From: a virus
Lineage: Duplodnaviria > Caudoviricetes
DNA: 56,281 bases
Virus record (IMG/VR): IMGVR_UViG_3300042892_000077
Span: 1-56,281 of that record
Strand: one strand, 5' to 3'
The translations under genes and the position numbers were made by a program. Under the pieces are notes generated by a model. It saw only the letters and a list, made by a program, of their open reading frames with translations. It was not told the origin of the DNA and ran no database searches. Of the stretch, positions 38,853-48,595 are shown in pieces; positions within the stretch are counted from its first letter, which is position 1, and each line of letters starts with the position of its first letter.

Positions 38853-39344
38853 ATGGATAACCACCCACTCAATCACACCAAGTGGTCAGACCGACTGGCC
38901 TTCGACGTGGCTCTCACACTGGAGGGCAGCGGCGAGTCTTTGCAGGAAGTCATCACCCGGCACAACATCAATGCCAACGACATCCTCAAGTTCAACGCCG
39001 ACCCGGTGTTCCTCAAGAAGGTGGAGCACTACCGCACCGAGGTGAGGGAGAAGGGTATGACCTTCAAGCTCAAGGCGCGTGCGCAGGCCGAGGAGTTGCT
39101 CACCACCAGTTGGTTGCTCATCCACAGCGCTGATGTGTCACCCGCAGTCAAGGCCGACCTGATCAAGTCCACGGTGAAGTGGGCCGGGCTGGAGCCCAAG
39201 GATGCAGGGCCGGGAGATGTAGGCGGTGGCGGTGTGAAGATCACGATCAACTTGGGGCCGGATGCACGCGACATGCGCACCATCGAAGCGTCCACAACCG
39301 AGATAGAAGATGCCACTACCATCGAGCATTCAGGCTTTATTTAA
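38853..39344 (+). CDS. Putative terminase small subunit
   Basis: Helical 163-aa protein upstream of TerL; C-terminal VKITINLG beta strand. Confidence 0.6.
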   Translation: MDNHPLNHTKWSDRLAFDVALTLEGSGESLQEVITRHNINANDILKFNADPVFLKKVEHYRTEVREKGMTFKLKARAQAEELLTTSWLLIHSADVSPAVKADLIKSTVKWAGLEPKDAGPGDVGGGGVKITINLGPDARDMRTIEASTTEIEDATTIEHSGFI

Positions 39345-39513
39345 CGAGACGTTCGACGGGATGCAGGCAGCGAAGTTCAAGACCGCCAGTGAGGCGGCAA
39401 ACTTGGAGACCAACTTGAAGTGGTTGAGTCGGTCGTACCGCACGAAGATTGTCACAACAAAAAAGCACGGACGTGAGTTCGTGGTGATGCTACTGGAGCA
39501 GTATGGCGCTTGA
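39310..39513 (+). CDS. Hypothetical protein
   Basis: ORF bridging terS and terL with overlaps. Confidence 0.5.
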   Translation: MPLPSSIQALFNETFDGMQAAKFKTASEAANLETNLKWLSRSYRTKIVTTKKHGREFVVMLLEQYGA

Positions 39514-40891
39514 TATTTCGTACACCCCACCGCCCACGGGCAAGAAGTTCATGGCGTCCAACGCCAAGATGCGCACCCTGATGGGGCCGGTCGGTTCGGG
39601 CAAGTCAGTGACCTGCTCGTTCGAGGTCATCCGCAGAGCGTCCATGCAAGCGCCCGATGCTACGGGCAAGCGCAGGTCACGGGCAGCGGTTGTGCGGGAA
39701 ACCGTGCGGCAGTTACAGGACACGACCATCAAGACGTTCCTCGACTGGTTCCCGCCGGGGCAGTGTGGGCAGTACATGCGCACCACCAAGACCTACCTGT
39801 TCAGCGTTGGCGATGTGGAGTGCGAGATTATGTTTCGGGCGTTGGATGACGCTGACGACGTCGCCAACTTGAACTCGTTGGAGTTGACCTTCGCGTGGTT
39901 CAACGAGTGCCGCGACATCCACCCGGATATTGTGGACGCCATGTCCAAACGGATTGGGCGGTTCCCCTCGGCCAAGGACGGCGGGCCGACATGGCATGGG
40001 ATGTGGGCGGATACCAACCCGCCGACGATGGACACGTGGTGGTACTACCAGATGGAGGGGCTGGACATCAAGGACGGTGTGTCGCCCAACAACAACGGAT
40101 GGGACGTGTTCAAGCAGCCGTCGGGGCGCAGTCCTTACGCTGAGAACATCGAGAACCTGCCGGACGGGTACTACGATACACAGGGCCGCAGCGAGGAATA
40201 CGTGCGGGTTTACATCGACGGAGAGTATGGGCTGTCGTCGGCGGGTATGCCGGTGTACAAATACTTCCGGCCCGACTACCACATGGCGAAGGGGCCGCTG
40301 CGTTCCATCATCAACGGGGTTCGGCCCATCGTCGTGGGGATGGACTTGGGGCTTACACCTGCGGCGGTCATCGGCCAGCAAGACCCACGCGGACGGGCAC
40401 TGGTGCTCGACGAGTGCGTCAGTTTCGACATGGGGGCCCAGCGGTTCATCCGCACCATGCTCAAGCCGCTGCTCTACGAGCGGTTTCCCGGCGCACCCGT
40501 GCTCATCGTCGTTGACCCGGCAGGTGTGCAGCGGGCGCAGACCGACGAGCGCTCGGCAGTGGACATCATCCGGGCTGAGGGTATGCGGGTTATCCCTGCC
40601 AAGACCAACAGCGTCTCGGCGCGGGTCAACGCGGTGGACGAGTACCTCATGCGGCAAGTGGACGGTGACCCCGGCTTCCTGCTCGACCCGAGATGCACCC
40701 AGCTTAAAGCCGCCATGATGGGTGGGTACCGCTACAAGCCCAAGGGCGACGGGGACATCGACAAAAACAAACACTCGCACGTAGCCGAGGCGCTCCAGTA
40801 CCTGATGCTGCACATCGCCAGCGCGGGGGAAGGTGGGCACATGCCCATGCGCCGAGAAATAAAGCGTGCGGCAAGCGCAGGATGGACATGA
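39503..40891 (+). CDS. terL: Terminase large subunit
   Basis: Walker A GPVGSGKS, AWFNE, DTNPP coupling motif, nuclease VGMDLG, SHVAEALQY. Confidence 0.9.
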   Translation: MALDISYTPPPTGKKFMASNAKMRTLMGPVGSGKSVTCSFEVIRRASMQAPDATGKRRSRAAVVRETVRQLQDTTIKTFLDWFPPGQCGQYMRTTKTYLFSVGDVECEIMFRALDDADDVANLNSLELTFAWFNECRDIHPDIVDAMSKRIGRFPSAKDGGPTWHGMWADTNPPTMDTWWYYQMEGLDIKDGVSPNNNGWDVFKQPSGRSPYAENIENLPDGYYDTQGRSEEYVRVYIDGEYGLSSAGMPVYKYFRPDYHMAKGPLRSIINGVRPIVVGMDLGLTPAAVIGQQDPRGRALVLDECVSFDMGAQRFIRTMLKPLLYERFPGAPVLIVVDPAGVQRAQTDERSAVDIIRAEGMRVIPAKTNSVSARVNAVDEYLMRQVDGDPGFLLDPRCTQLKAAMMGGYRYKPKGDGDIDKNKHSHVAEALQYLMLHIASAGEGGHMPMRREIKRAASAGWT

Positions 40892-40937
40892 AGCGCTATA
40901 CTGGACGGGAGTTGTCACCTCCGTCCCATTAAGGGTT

Positions 40938-40968
40938 AACCCTCAGAGCGATCTGGGGGTTTCTTTTT
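40938..40968 (+). terminator. Rho-independent terminator after terL
   Basis: AACCCTCAGA-GCGA-TCTGGGGGTT then TCTTTTT. Confidence 0.7.
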
Positions 40969-41024
40969 AGTTGCTCGTGTGTATACTTCGTGGTAGAACA
41001 CCGATATGTAGGTAAGGAACGACC

Positions 41025-41219
41025 ATGAAAATGCCGAAATCGAAAGCTGGTAAGTCGTACGAAATCTTTTCGACGAACCCGAAAATGGATACCTCCGGTA
41101 TGGCTGGTAAGCCCAAGCCATTTGAGGTGTACGCATACACGCCACCACCTATGGACATCGAGGACATGATGGAAGCGCGTGAGATGAAGACCAACAAAAA
41201 ACCGGAAGCGGAGTCCTGA
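41025..41219 (+). CDS. Hypothetical protein
   Basis: AAGGA RBS; TGATG coupling to portal. Confidence 0.6.
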   Translation: MKMPKSKAGKSYEIFSTNPKMDTSGMAGKPKPFEVYAYTPPPMDIEDMMEAREMKTNKKPEAES

Positions 41220-43267
41220 TGGCCGGTCTGACATTCCTGCGGGTTGTCAACAACACTGACCTTGCAAAGCAAGAGCAGGAAGTCTCTGACCGCGCTTTAC
41301 AAGAGCGCCAGAACCAGCCCATCATCCTCGGCCTTGCCTCCTACCTGCGTGAGTGCTGGGATGCAGCCCAGATGGCCAAGCGGCCCATCGAGCAGGAGAT
41401 GCTCCAAGCGCTGCGTCAGCGCAACGGCCAGTACGAGGCCGACAAGCTCAAGCAGATTCAGGGTCAGGGCGGCTCTGAGTTGTACATGATGATCACCGAA
41501 GTCAAGTGCCGTGCGGCTGAGTCGTGGTTGCGCGACATCCTGCTGGACAACGGCTCGCCCCCTTGGGACTTGACTGCTACCCCCATCCCTGACCTGTCAC
41601 CTGCCCAGACGCGGGATGTGCAGGAGCTTTTTGCCGAGCGCGTGTTGAAGATGGTCGGTGAAATCGGCCAAGCTCCCACCCGTGAGGAGATGAGCGAGAT
41701 GCGCGAGATGGTCTCGCAGGACTACCGCTTCAAGGTACTGCACGATGCACAGATGCGGGCCGACAGGATGAAGCTGAAGATTCAAGACCAGTTCGCACAA
41801 GGCGGCTGGGAGAGTTCGTTCAACGACTTCATCACCGATCTGGTCACGCACCCTGCTGCGTTCGTCAAAGGCCCGATTGTCCGCCGTCAGCGCACGCTGG
41901 GCTGGAAGACTGACGCCACTGGCCGCACCGTGGTCGAGCCCATTGAGCGCCTTGGCCCCGAGTACGAGCGCGTTGACCCGTTCCGTATCTACCCCGAGCC
42001 GGGCATCAGCACGATCAACGAAGGCTACCTGTTCGAGCATCACCGCATGTCCCGCATGACGCTGGCCGACATGATCGGTTTGCCGGGCTACGACGACGAT
42101 GCCATCCGCAAAGTGCTGGAAATCGGCAACGGTTTGTCGTGGATTGGTGAGGATGTGGAGTTGCAAAAGGACGAGGAGGAGCGCAAGTTCTACTCGTACA
42201 TGCGGCCAACTACCGAGTTCGACGCGCTTGAATTCTGGGGCAAAGTCAGCGGCAAGATGCTCATCGAGTGGGGTCTGTCGGAGGAAGATGTGCCCGATTC
42301 GGCCCGTGAGTACGACGCCAACGTGTGGCTGGTCGGCAACTACGTCATCAAGGCGGTGCTGAACTATGACCCCCTCGGCGAGAAACCGTACGCCAAAACC
42401 TCGTTTATCAAGTGTCCGGGCGCATTCTGGGGCAAGGGTATTCCCAAGATCATTGAAGACCTGCAAGGCGTGTGTAACGCTGCCGCAAGGGCATTGGTGA
42501 ACAACATGGGCATCTCCTCTGGCCCGCAGGTTGAGGTCAACCTTGAGCGCATCCCGCCAAACGAGGACATCACCCAGTTGACCCCGTGGAAAATCTGGCA
42601 GGTTACCAACGACCCCGTTGGCTCCAGTGCTCCGGCCATCCGGTTCACGCAGCCTGATTCACGTGCCAACGAGTTGATGGCTGTCTACGAGAAGTTCAGC
42701 CGTCTGGCCGATGACCACTCCGGTATCCCTGCGTACGTCTACGGCGACCTGAATGTTCAGGGTGCTGGCCGCACATCGTCTGGCCTGTCCATGCTCATGG
42801 GCGCGGCAGGCAAGGGTATCCGGCAAGTCGTGATGCACATCGACACCGATGTGGTCAAACCAATTGTCCTTCGTCAGTTCGTGTACAACATGCGCTACGA
42901 CGAGGATGAGTCCATCAAGGGCGACGTTGAAGTTTCAGCGAAGGGCGCGATCAATCTCGCCGTCAAGGAAACTGTCAACATTCGCCGCATCGAGTTCCTC
43001 AACGCAACCGCCAACCCCATTGATCTTGAGATTCTTGGGAAGGAAGGACGAGCCACCATCCTACGGGAAGTGGCTAAAGGGTTGCAAATGCCTGTGGAGG
43101 AAGTTGTTCCATCTCGGGAGAAGTCGGACTATCAGGGTCGTATGCAGGCGAGAGCGGCGCAACAAGCGCCAGCCCCGTCAGCTACCCCCGAGCGTCCTGA
43201 CGGCTCTCCCAAAGGTGGGATGGAAGCCAACACAGTTCAAAGCCGCGTGAGTGGACAGGCCGCATGA
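41219..43267 (+). CDS. Portal protein
   Basis: 682 aa after terL; RVDPFRIYPEP, FWGKGIP, RTSSGLSMLM motifs typical of podovirus-type portals. Confidence 0.82.
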   Translation: MAGLTFLRVVNNTDLAKQEQEVSDRALQERQNQPIILGLASYLRECWDAAQMAKRPIEQEMLQALRQRNGQYEADKLKQIQGQGGSELYMMITEVKCRAAESWLRDILLDNGSPPWDLTATPIPDLSPAQTRDVQELFAERVLKMVGEIGQAPTREEMSEMREMVSQDYRFKVLHDAQMRADRMKLKIQDQFAQGGWESSFNDFITDLVTHPAAFVKGPIVRRQRTLGWKTDATGRTVVEPIERLGPEYERVDPFRIYPEPGISTINEGYLFEHHRMSRMTLADMIGLPGYDDDAIRKVLEIGNGLSWIGEDVELQKDEEERKFYSYMRPTTEFDALEFWGKVSGKMLIEWGLSEEDVPDSAREYDANVWLVGNYVIKAVLNYDPLGEKPYAKTSFIKCPGAFWGKGIPKIIEDLQGVCNAAARALVNNMGISSGPQVEVNLERIPPNEDITQLTPWKIWQVTNDPVGSSAPAIRFTQPDSRANELMAVYEKFSRLADDHSGIPAYVYGDLNVQGAGRTSSGLSMLMGAAGKGIRQVVMHIDTDVVKPIVLRQFVYNMRYDEDESIKGDVEVSAKGAINLAVKETVNIRRIEFLNATANPIDLEILGKEGRATILREVAKGLQMPVEEVVPSREKSDYQGRMQARAAQQAPAPSATPERPDGSPKGGMEANTVQSRVSGQAA

Positions 43268-43479
43268 TTAAGCCTGAACCTCAAGCGATCAAGGTACTCG
43301 CTACCATCGTTCGACAGCATCCGGAGTTTCTGGTGTGGCTGGAAGAATGGCGGATGCGGGAACTGGAGTCGCTTCCAAGCGCAATAAACAACCCGACAGT
43401 GTTTCAGGGGCGCTGTCAGGTATTGGGTGAACTGTATAAGTTCGCCAAAGAATCCCCTGCGTTGGCGGCAAAGTTATGA
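43264..43479 (+). CDS. Small head-associated protein
   Basis: Helical, with QGR motif typical of portal-adjacent small proteins. Confidence 0.55.
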   Translation: MIKPEPQAIKVLATIVRQHPEFLVWLEEWRMRELESLPSAINNPTVFQGRCQVLGELYKFAKESPALAAKL

Positions 43480-43523
43480 AAAAACTCGCCGTCTAATCAC
43501 GCACACCGATAGGAGCGTTCAAC

Positions 43524-44567
43524 ATGGCACTTCCAGAGCAAATTCGCAAGCAGACCGAGGCTGTACAAGAACTGTACAAGCAACTCAACAACGACAGTGG
43601 AACAGGCGAGGTAACCCCTCAAGCCGATGGCCCCGCTGCGTCTGGTGAGCCCGCACCTACACGTTCAGTAGCCGACGAGAACCTTGGGTCGAATAACGCT
43701 GCTCTTTCATCGGGCAACGAGTCAACACCCGATGATGAAAAAGTCCCAGAAGAAAGTGTCGTACAGAAGTACAAGACGCTTCAGGGTATGTACAACGCCG
43801 AAGTCCCCCGTCTGCATCAGCAGAACCGGGAGATGACGAACCGTGTGCAGCAGATGGAACAGTTGCTTGCAACACTTTCAGCGCAGCAGTCGAGCCAGTC
43901 TCAGCAACGTCAGGAAGCCGTGGTCGAAAAGATCGTGTCTGACAAAGACGTTGAGGAATATGGCGAGTCGATTGATGTGATGCGCAAGGTCTCCCGCGAG
44001 GAGTTAATCCCCGTGGCGCAGCGCCTTGCACAGATTGAAGGTATGTTGCGGCAGATGCAGCAGAACGTGGTGCCACAGGTGCAAGCCGTAGCACAGCGCC
44101 AAGCTGCCTCCTCCGAGCAAGCCTTCTGGGCTGACCTCACACGGGCTGTTCCAACGTGGCGCGACGTGAACGACAATCAGGACTTCCAGTCTTGGCTGCT
44201 CGCCGCTGACCCGCTTACTGGCATCACACGCCAGACGTACCTTGACGATGCACAACGTGCGCTTGACGCACCACGTGTTGGTAATTTCTTCCGGGCTTGG
44301 TTGGATTCCACTGGACAAGCCGCTGTTGCTCAACCCACTGGTCGCGCTTCCAGTTCCGAGTTGGAGAAACAGGTTACCCCCGGTCGCTCACGTAGCACCG
44401 GAGCGCCTGCCTCCAATAAAGGCCGCGTATACGCCCCTGCTGACATCACTACCTTTTTTAACGATGTCCGCTCGGGTAAATACAAAGGTCGGGAGCCGGA
44501 ACGTGACCGCATCGAACGCGATATTTTCGCCGCCCAGCGAGAAAATCGTATCCAAGTCCCTGCCTGA
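43524..44567 (+). CDS. Capsid scaffolding protein
   Basis: Acidic/coiled coil; KYKTLQGMYNAEVP; C-terminal helix; directly upstream of the capsid gene. Confidence 0.7.
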   Translation: MALPEQIRKQTEAVQELYKQLNNDSGTGEVTPQADGPAASGEPAPTRSVADENLGSNNAALSSGNESTPDDEKVPEESVVQKYKTLQGMYNAEVPRLHQQNREMTNRVQQMEQLLATLSAQQSSQSQQRQEAVVEKIVSDKDVEEYGESIDVMRKVSREELIPVAQRLAQIEGMLRQMQQNVVPQVQAVAQRQAASSEQAFWADLTRAVPTWRDVNDNQDFQSWLLAADPLTGITRQTYLDDAQRALDAPRVGNFFRAWLDSTGQAAVAQPTGRASSSELEKQVTPGRSRSTGAPASNKGRVYAPADITTFFNDVRSGKYKGREPERDRIERDIFAAQRENRIQVPA

Positions 44568-44583
44568 TTAGAGGAGTTTTCTC

Positions 44584-45510
44584 ATGTCTTATCCCGTTTC
44601 CCCCGGTCGCCCAAATTACAGCGGCAACTTCATCCCAGAAATCTGGTCTGGTAAATTGATCGAGAATTTCTACGACGCCACCGTGCTCGCAGCTATCTCG
44701 AACACCACCTACGAAGGTGAGATTCGTCAGTACGGCGATACGGTCAACATCCGTACCACCCCTGAGATCACCATCCGTGACTACGTGAAGGGCCAAACCC
44801 TGACCGTTGAGAACCCAGACAAGCCAAAGCTCCAGTTGATCATCGACAAAGGCGAGTACTTCGCTTGCGTTGAAGATGATGTGGACAAGGTTCAGGCTGA
44901 CATCAACTTGATGGACACTTGGTCGAAAGACGCTTCCGAGCGTATGAAAATCAAGATCGACCAGCGCGTTCTGACTGACATCCTGCCCGGCATTTCGTCT
45001 TTCAACAAAGGCGCAACCGCTGGTGAGCAGTCCCTGTCGTTCAACCTCGGCACTTCTGGCGCTCCGCTGGTCGTGACTAAGGATGGCGCTGGTGGTACTG
45101 TCTCCGTGGTTGACCTGCTGGTTGACATGGGCACCGTGCTGGACGAAGCCAATGCTCCTGAGAGCGACCGCTTCATCGTCATTCCTGCCAAGATGGCTGG
45201 TCTGATCAAGAAGTCGGAACTGAAAGACGCTTCGCTGACTGGTGACAGCATGTCTGTCGTCCGTAACGGTCGTCTGGGTATGGTTGACCGCTTCACGATC
45301 TACGTGAGCCACAACCTGTCTGTGTCTTCGGGCAAGTACAACATCGTCGCCGGTCACAAGATGGGCTTCACGTTTGCCAGCCAGATGACCAACATGGAAA
45401 CCATCCGCTCCGAGTCCACCTTCGGCAACATCATCCGTGGTCTGCAAGTCTACGGCTACAAAGTTGTCAAGGGCGAAGCTCTGGCTCAGTCGGTTATCTC
45501 GTTCTCGTAA
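44584..45510 (+). CDS. Major capsid protein (HK97 fold)
   Basis: FIPEIWS, YEGEI..GDTVNI, IIRGLQVYGYKVV; GAGGAG RBS; strong codon bias. Confidence 0.88.
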   Translation: MSYPVSPGRPNYSGNFIPEIWSGKLIENFYDATVLAAISNTTYEGEIRQYGDTVNIRTTPEITIRDYVKGQTLTVENPDKPKLQLIIDKGEYFACVEDDVDKVQADINLMDTWSKDASERMKIKIDQRVLTDILPGISSFNKGATAGEQSLSFNLGTSGAPLVVTKDGAGGTVSVVDLLVDMGTVLDEANAPESDRFIVIPAKMAGLIKKSELKDASLTGDSMSVVRNGRLGMVDRFTIYVSHNLSVSSGKYNIVAGHKMGFTFASQMTNMETIRSESTFGNIIRGLQVYGYKVVKGEALAQSVISFS

Positions 45511-45513
45511 TCT

Positions 45514-45540
45514 GAGGGGGGCATTGCGCCCCCCTTCTAT
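45514..45540 (+). terminator. Hairpin/terminator after the capsid gene
   Basis: GAGGGGGGC-ATTGC-GCCCCCCTT. Confidence 0.5.
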
Positions 45541-45561
45541 CAATTTTGAAAGGATTCTGAA

Positions 45562-46017
45562 ATGGCTGCATATACTGACTCGCTCGGGTTCAATAAGGGT
45601 ACCGCTGCGTACCCCGCGAACGTCACCGACATCTCCAAGTTTGAAGTAACCTTGGACTTCGCCGCGATCATCGCCGCTCGTCTGGCTGCTGGTGCTACTG
45701 CACTGGCTGCTGCCGACACGCTGCAAGTGATTGCCCTGCCTGCTGGCTCCGTCGTCCTGTCGGCTGGCGTGAACGTGACCTCTGCTGAGACCACCAACAC
45801 GACTGCTACCTTCGACCTCGGCTTCACGGGTGGTTCGCCGTACGCTGCAAATGCGTATGCCAACGACGTTGCTTCCAACGCCACTGGCTTGAAAGCGTCT
45901 GATCTCGCAAACCCATCCGTTGTGGTTGCTGCCGACACGATTGATCTTCTGATCAACACCGCTGTCCCAGCCAACTGCGTGGTGAAGGTTTTCGCTATCG
46001 TCGCCAACGCCAACTAA
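45562..46017 (+). CDS. Putative capsid decoration/cement protein
   Basis: Beta-rich; LPAGSVVL motif; follows the capsid gene. Confidence 0.55.
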   Translation: MAAYTDSLGFNKGTAAYPANVTDISKFEVTLDFAAIIAARLAAGATALAAADTLQVIALPAGSVVLSAGVNVTSAETTNTTATFDLGFTGGSPYAANAYANDVASNATGLKASDLANPSVVVAADTIDLLINTAVPANCVVKVFAIVANAN

Positions 46018-46020
46018 CAC

Positions 46021-46042
46021 GACAGGGGCTTCGGCCCTTGTC
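46021..46042 (+). promoter_or_regulatory. cUUCGg hairpin
   Basis: GACAGGGGC-TTCG-GCCCTTGTC. Confidence 0.55.
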
Positions 46043-46059
46043 TCCCAAAGGAGAATGAA

Positions 46060-46311
46060 ATGGGTGTTTATCGTGGTATTGCGCAAGACAATGTGACCAT
46101 CAACAGCGGAACGGCTCGTCTCGACGGCCTGACTATGCTCGCGCCACTCGCATTGGCTACTTACACGGTTGCTACCGTACCGGCTGCGGCCTCGTACACA
46201 GGCGACCTGATCTATGTGTCAAACGGTGCTGCTGGCGCTGCTGTCGTTGCATTCAGCAACGGTACAAACTGGCTGCGCGTGGACACGCTGGCTGCAATCG
46301 CGGCTGCGTAA
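46060..46311 (+). CDS. Small structural protein (head fibre-like)
   Basis: YTVATVPAA...IYVSNGA...AFSNGTNW; AAGGAG RBS. Confidence 0.65.
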   Translation: MGVYRGIAQDNVTINSGTARLDGLTMLAPLALATYTVATVPAAASYTGDLIYVSNGAAGAAVVAFSNGTNWLRVDTLAAIAAA

Positions 46312-46319
46312 AGTAAACT

Positions 46320-46343
46320 GGTGGGGCTTCGGCCCTGCCTTTT
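46320..46343 (+). terminator. cUUCGg hairpin with short U tract
   Basis: GGTGGGGC-TTCG-GCCCTGCC-TTTT. Confidence 0.55.
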
Positions 46344-46354
46344 GGAGATAAAGA

Positions 46355-47233
46355 ATGCCAACAAACCTCACCGGCACGACAATTGCCAGCACTTTCGACC
46401 AATTGCTGCACGTCGATGAAGGCCCGGCTGCGACCGAAAAGACGGTCTACAGCGGCACAGGAGTGGCAACAGCCCTGAAAGTGGGCACGCTTTCCGCATC
46501 AGTGGACAACATTCAGTTGGATGGCAACACCATCGCAACAACCAACACCAACGGCAACCTCGTGCTGGCCCCCAACGGCACGGGTGTGGTCACGACAGAT
46601 AACATCAGCCTGTCGGGCAACGCCATCACCGTCACGGATACCAACGGCAACCTCGTCCTGTCTGGCAACGGCACCGGCTCCGTGTCGATGGTCAATGCCG
46701 CGATCACAGGCGGTACGATCTCCGGGGTCACGTTCACCGGCTCGTTCACCGGCCTCACGTCCATTTCCTCAGTGACGCTCATCGCTGGCAATTTGACGAT
46801 GGACGACAACGCGATCTCGGCCAACAACACCGACGGCGACATCAAGCTCAACCCCAACGGTACGGGCGAGGTCATCATCTCCAAACCCTTTGGGTACGGC
46901 GGTACAGGTGTGGGCGGCGCAGTCACTCAGGGCACAAGCCGCACGACTGCTGTCACGCTCAACAAGGTCAGCGGGCGGATTACTATGTTCGCGTCCACTG
47001 CAATTGCGGGTCTGTCGTCCAATGAGTTCACGCTCAACAACAGTTTTATCGACCCGGACGATGTGATCGTTGCCTGTTTCGCTTCGGGCTTGACTTCTGC
47101 CCAGTACTCAATCAACGCTACTGTTGTCTCGTCTGGGTCATGCAAGATCGCTGTCCACAACGTGACAAACACTGCGACTGCTGCCGACACGCCGGTCATC
47201 AATTTTGCGATCATTAAAGCGGTTGCCGCATAA
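46355..47233 (+). CDS. Fibre-like structural protein with three internal repeats
   Basis: Three NIxLxxNxI..xxTxGxLxLxxNGTG-type repeats. Confidence 0.65.
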   Translation: MPTNLTGTTIASTFDQLLHVDEGPAATEKTVYSGTGVATALKVGTLSASVDNIQLDGNTIATTNTNGNLVLAPNGTGVVTTDNISLSGNAITVTDTNGNLVLSGNGTGSVSMVNAAITGGTISGVTFTGSFTGLTSISSVTLIAGNLTMDDNAISANNTDGDIKLNPNGTGEVIISKPFGYGGTGVGGAVTQGTSRTTAVTLNKVSGRITMFASTAIAGLSSNEFTLNNSFIDPDDVIVACFASGLTSAQYSINATVVSSGSCKIAVHNVTNTATAADTPVINFAIIKAVAA

Positions 47234-47242
47234 AGGAGCATC

Positions 47243-47497
47243 ATGGCAAAGACACCAGCGTGGACACGCAAGGAAGGCAAAGACCCCAAGGGTGGGCTGA
47301 ACGCAGCCGGACGTGCGTCGTACAACAAGGCCAACCCCGGTAAGCCCGGCCTGAAACCGCCGCAGCCTGAAGGTGGGTCGCGCAAGGATTCGTTCTGTGC
47401 CCGGATGGAAGGCATGAAGAAGAAGCTGACCAGCGCCAAGACAGCCAACGACCCCAACAGCCGCATCAATAAATCGCTCAAAGCGTGGAAGTGCTGA
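47243..47497 (+). CDS. Small basic protein (DUF6321-like)
   Basis: AWTRKEGKDPKGGLN...RKDSFCARM...SRINKSLKAWKC. Confidence 0.7.
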   Translation: MAKTPAWTRKEGKDPKGGLNAAGRASYNKANPGKPGLKPPQPEGGSRKDSFCARMEGMKKKLTSAKTANDPNSRINKSLKAWKC

Positions 47498-47553
47498 CAT
47501 GGCTACCAAACCGAAAACCGCGAAGTACCGTTAACTTAACCAAGGAGTCTGAT

Positions 47554-47694
47554 ATGCCCGGAATGATGCCCAAAGCAAAAAAACCTATGCCGTACAAGGC
47601 AGGCGGCATGGTCTTTAAGCCATGCGCCCAGTGTCCCAACACCGCCAAATGCAAAGCCGCTGGCAAGTGCATGGCGAAGCAGGGTAAAAAATGA
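47554..47694 (+). CDS. Small basic Cys-rich protein
   Basis: AAGGAG RBS; YKAGG; CAQC....C....C. Confidence 0.6.
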   Translation: MPGMMPKAKKPMPYKAGGMVFKPCAQCPNTAKCKAAGKCMAKQGKK

Positions 47695-47957
47695 GCACGA
47701 TGTACATCCGCGTTCGCAAAGACGGCTTCGTCTACGACTGGAATCCAATTCTGGCGAAGAACCCTGACTGCGAAGTCATCACTGAGGAGGAAGCCTACCC
47801 GGAACGGTTCATCCAGCCAGCGGTTGTGGAACAGGTTAAACTCGAACGTAAGAAGCGCAAGGGTGCGCTCGATCTCGGAACCAGTGACATCCCCGAGGCT
47901 CCGCCGTATACTTCACCTGAGTTGGCTGCTGAAGCCGCACGAGGAATGCCTGCATGA
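47691..47957 (+). CDS. Hypothetical protein
   Basis: ATGA coupling. Confidence 0.6.
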   Translation: MSTMYIRVRKDGFVYDWNPILAKNPDCEVITEEEAYPERFIQPAVVEQVKLERKKRKGALDLGTSDIPEAPPYTSPELAAEAARGMPA

Positions 47958-48595
47958 CACCGAGCGAAGTCATCACCGAGGTACGGCGGCTTGTCCAAGA
48001 CACGCGAGAGCCGTTCCGTAACTCAGACGTAGTTCTGCTGGGGTTTGTAAATCAGACCCTCAAGCGGATGGTGATACTTCGCCCGGATTTGTTCACGGTC
48101 ATTGGGGAATTCCCTATGACTGCGAACGTCGTTTTACAGTCCTGCCCCACAGGCTCGACTCGATTGGTCGAAATCTTCCAAGTCAAGAACGGCGCGGCTG
48201 TCACCGAAGCGTCCCGCGATATGCTCGACCAGAGCTACCCAGAGTGGGTCAGTGAGCCACCCGGCCAGCCGATCAACTTCATGCGGCATGTGCGCAACCC
48301 CAACAAGTTCTTCGTTTACCCCCGGCCCGCGCTGAACACAGTGCTCATCGGGGAGTACGTGCAGTCACCTCCGGCATACACGCTGGCACAGACCATCGAG
48401 CTACCCGACGGGTACTTCAGCACAGTCATCGACGGCACGGTCTTCCTCACGGAGTCGATTGACAACGAGCATGTGCTATCTGGGCGGGCCAAGTTGTTCC
48501 AAGACGCCTTTGTGCAGGGCTTGGGTGTCGGTCTTCAGTCGCGGGTTATCACTGATACCGAGACTGGCGGCATGGAAATCAAACAGGTGGTGTAA
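47954..48595 (+). CDS. Putative head-tail adaptor protein
   Basis: EVRRLVQD...LLGFVN...RPD, FVYP motifs; position. Confidence 0.6.
   Translation: MTPSEVITEVRRLVQDTREPFRNSDVVLLGFVNQTLKRMVILRPDLFTVIGEFPMTANVVLQSCPTGSTRLVEIFQVKNGAAVTEASRDMLDQSYPEWVSEPPGQPINFMRHVRNPNKFFVYPRPALNTVLIGEYVQSPPAYTLAQTIELPDGYFSTVIDGTVFLTESIDNEHVLSGRAKLFQDAFVQGLGVGLQSRVITDTETGGMEIKQVV

Noticed and set aside
44458-46086. 542-aa antisense ORF (also 13457..14743, 39713..40918, 7076..8155)
   Set aside because: These are shadow ORFs opposite well-supported genes with biased codon usage, with no recognisable motifs.
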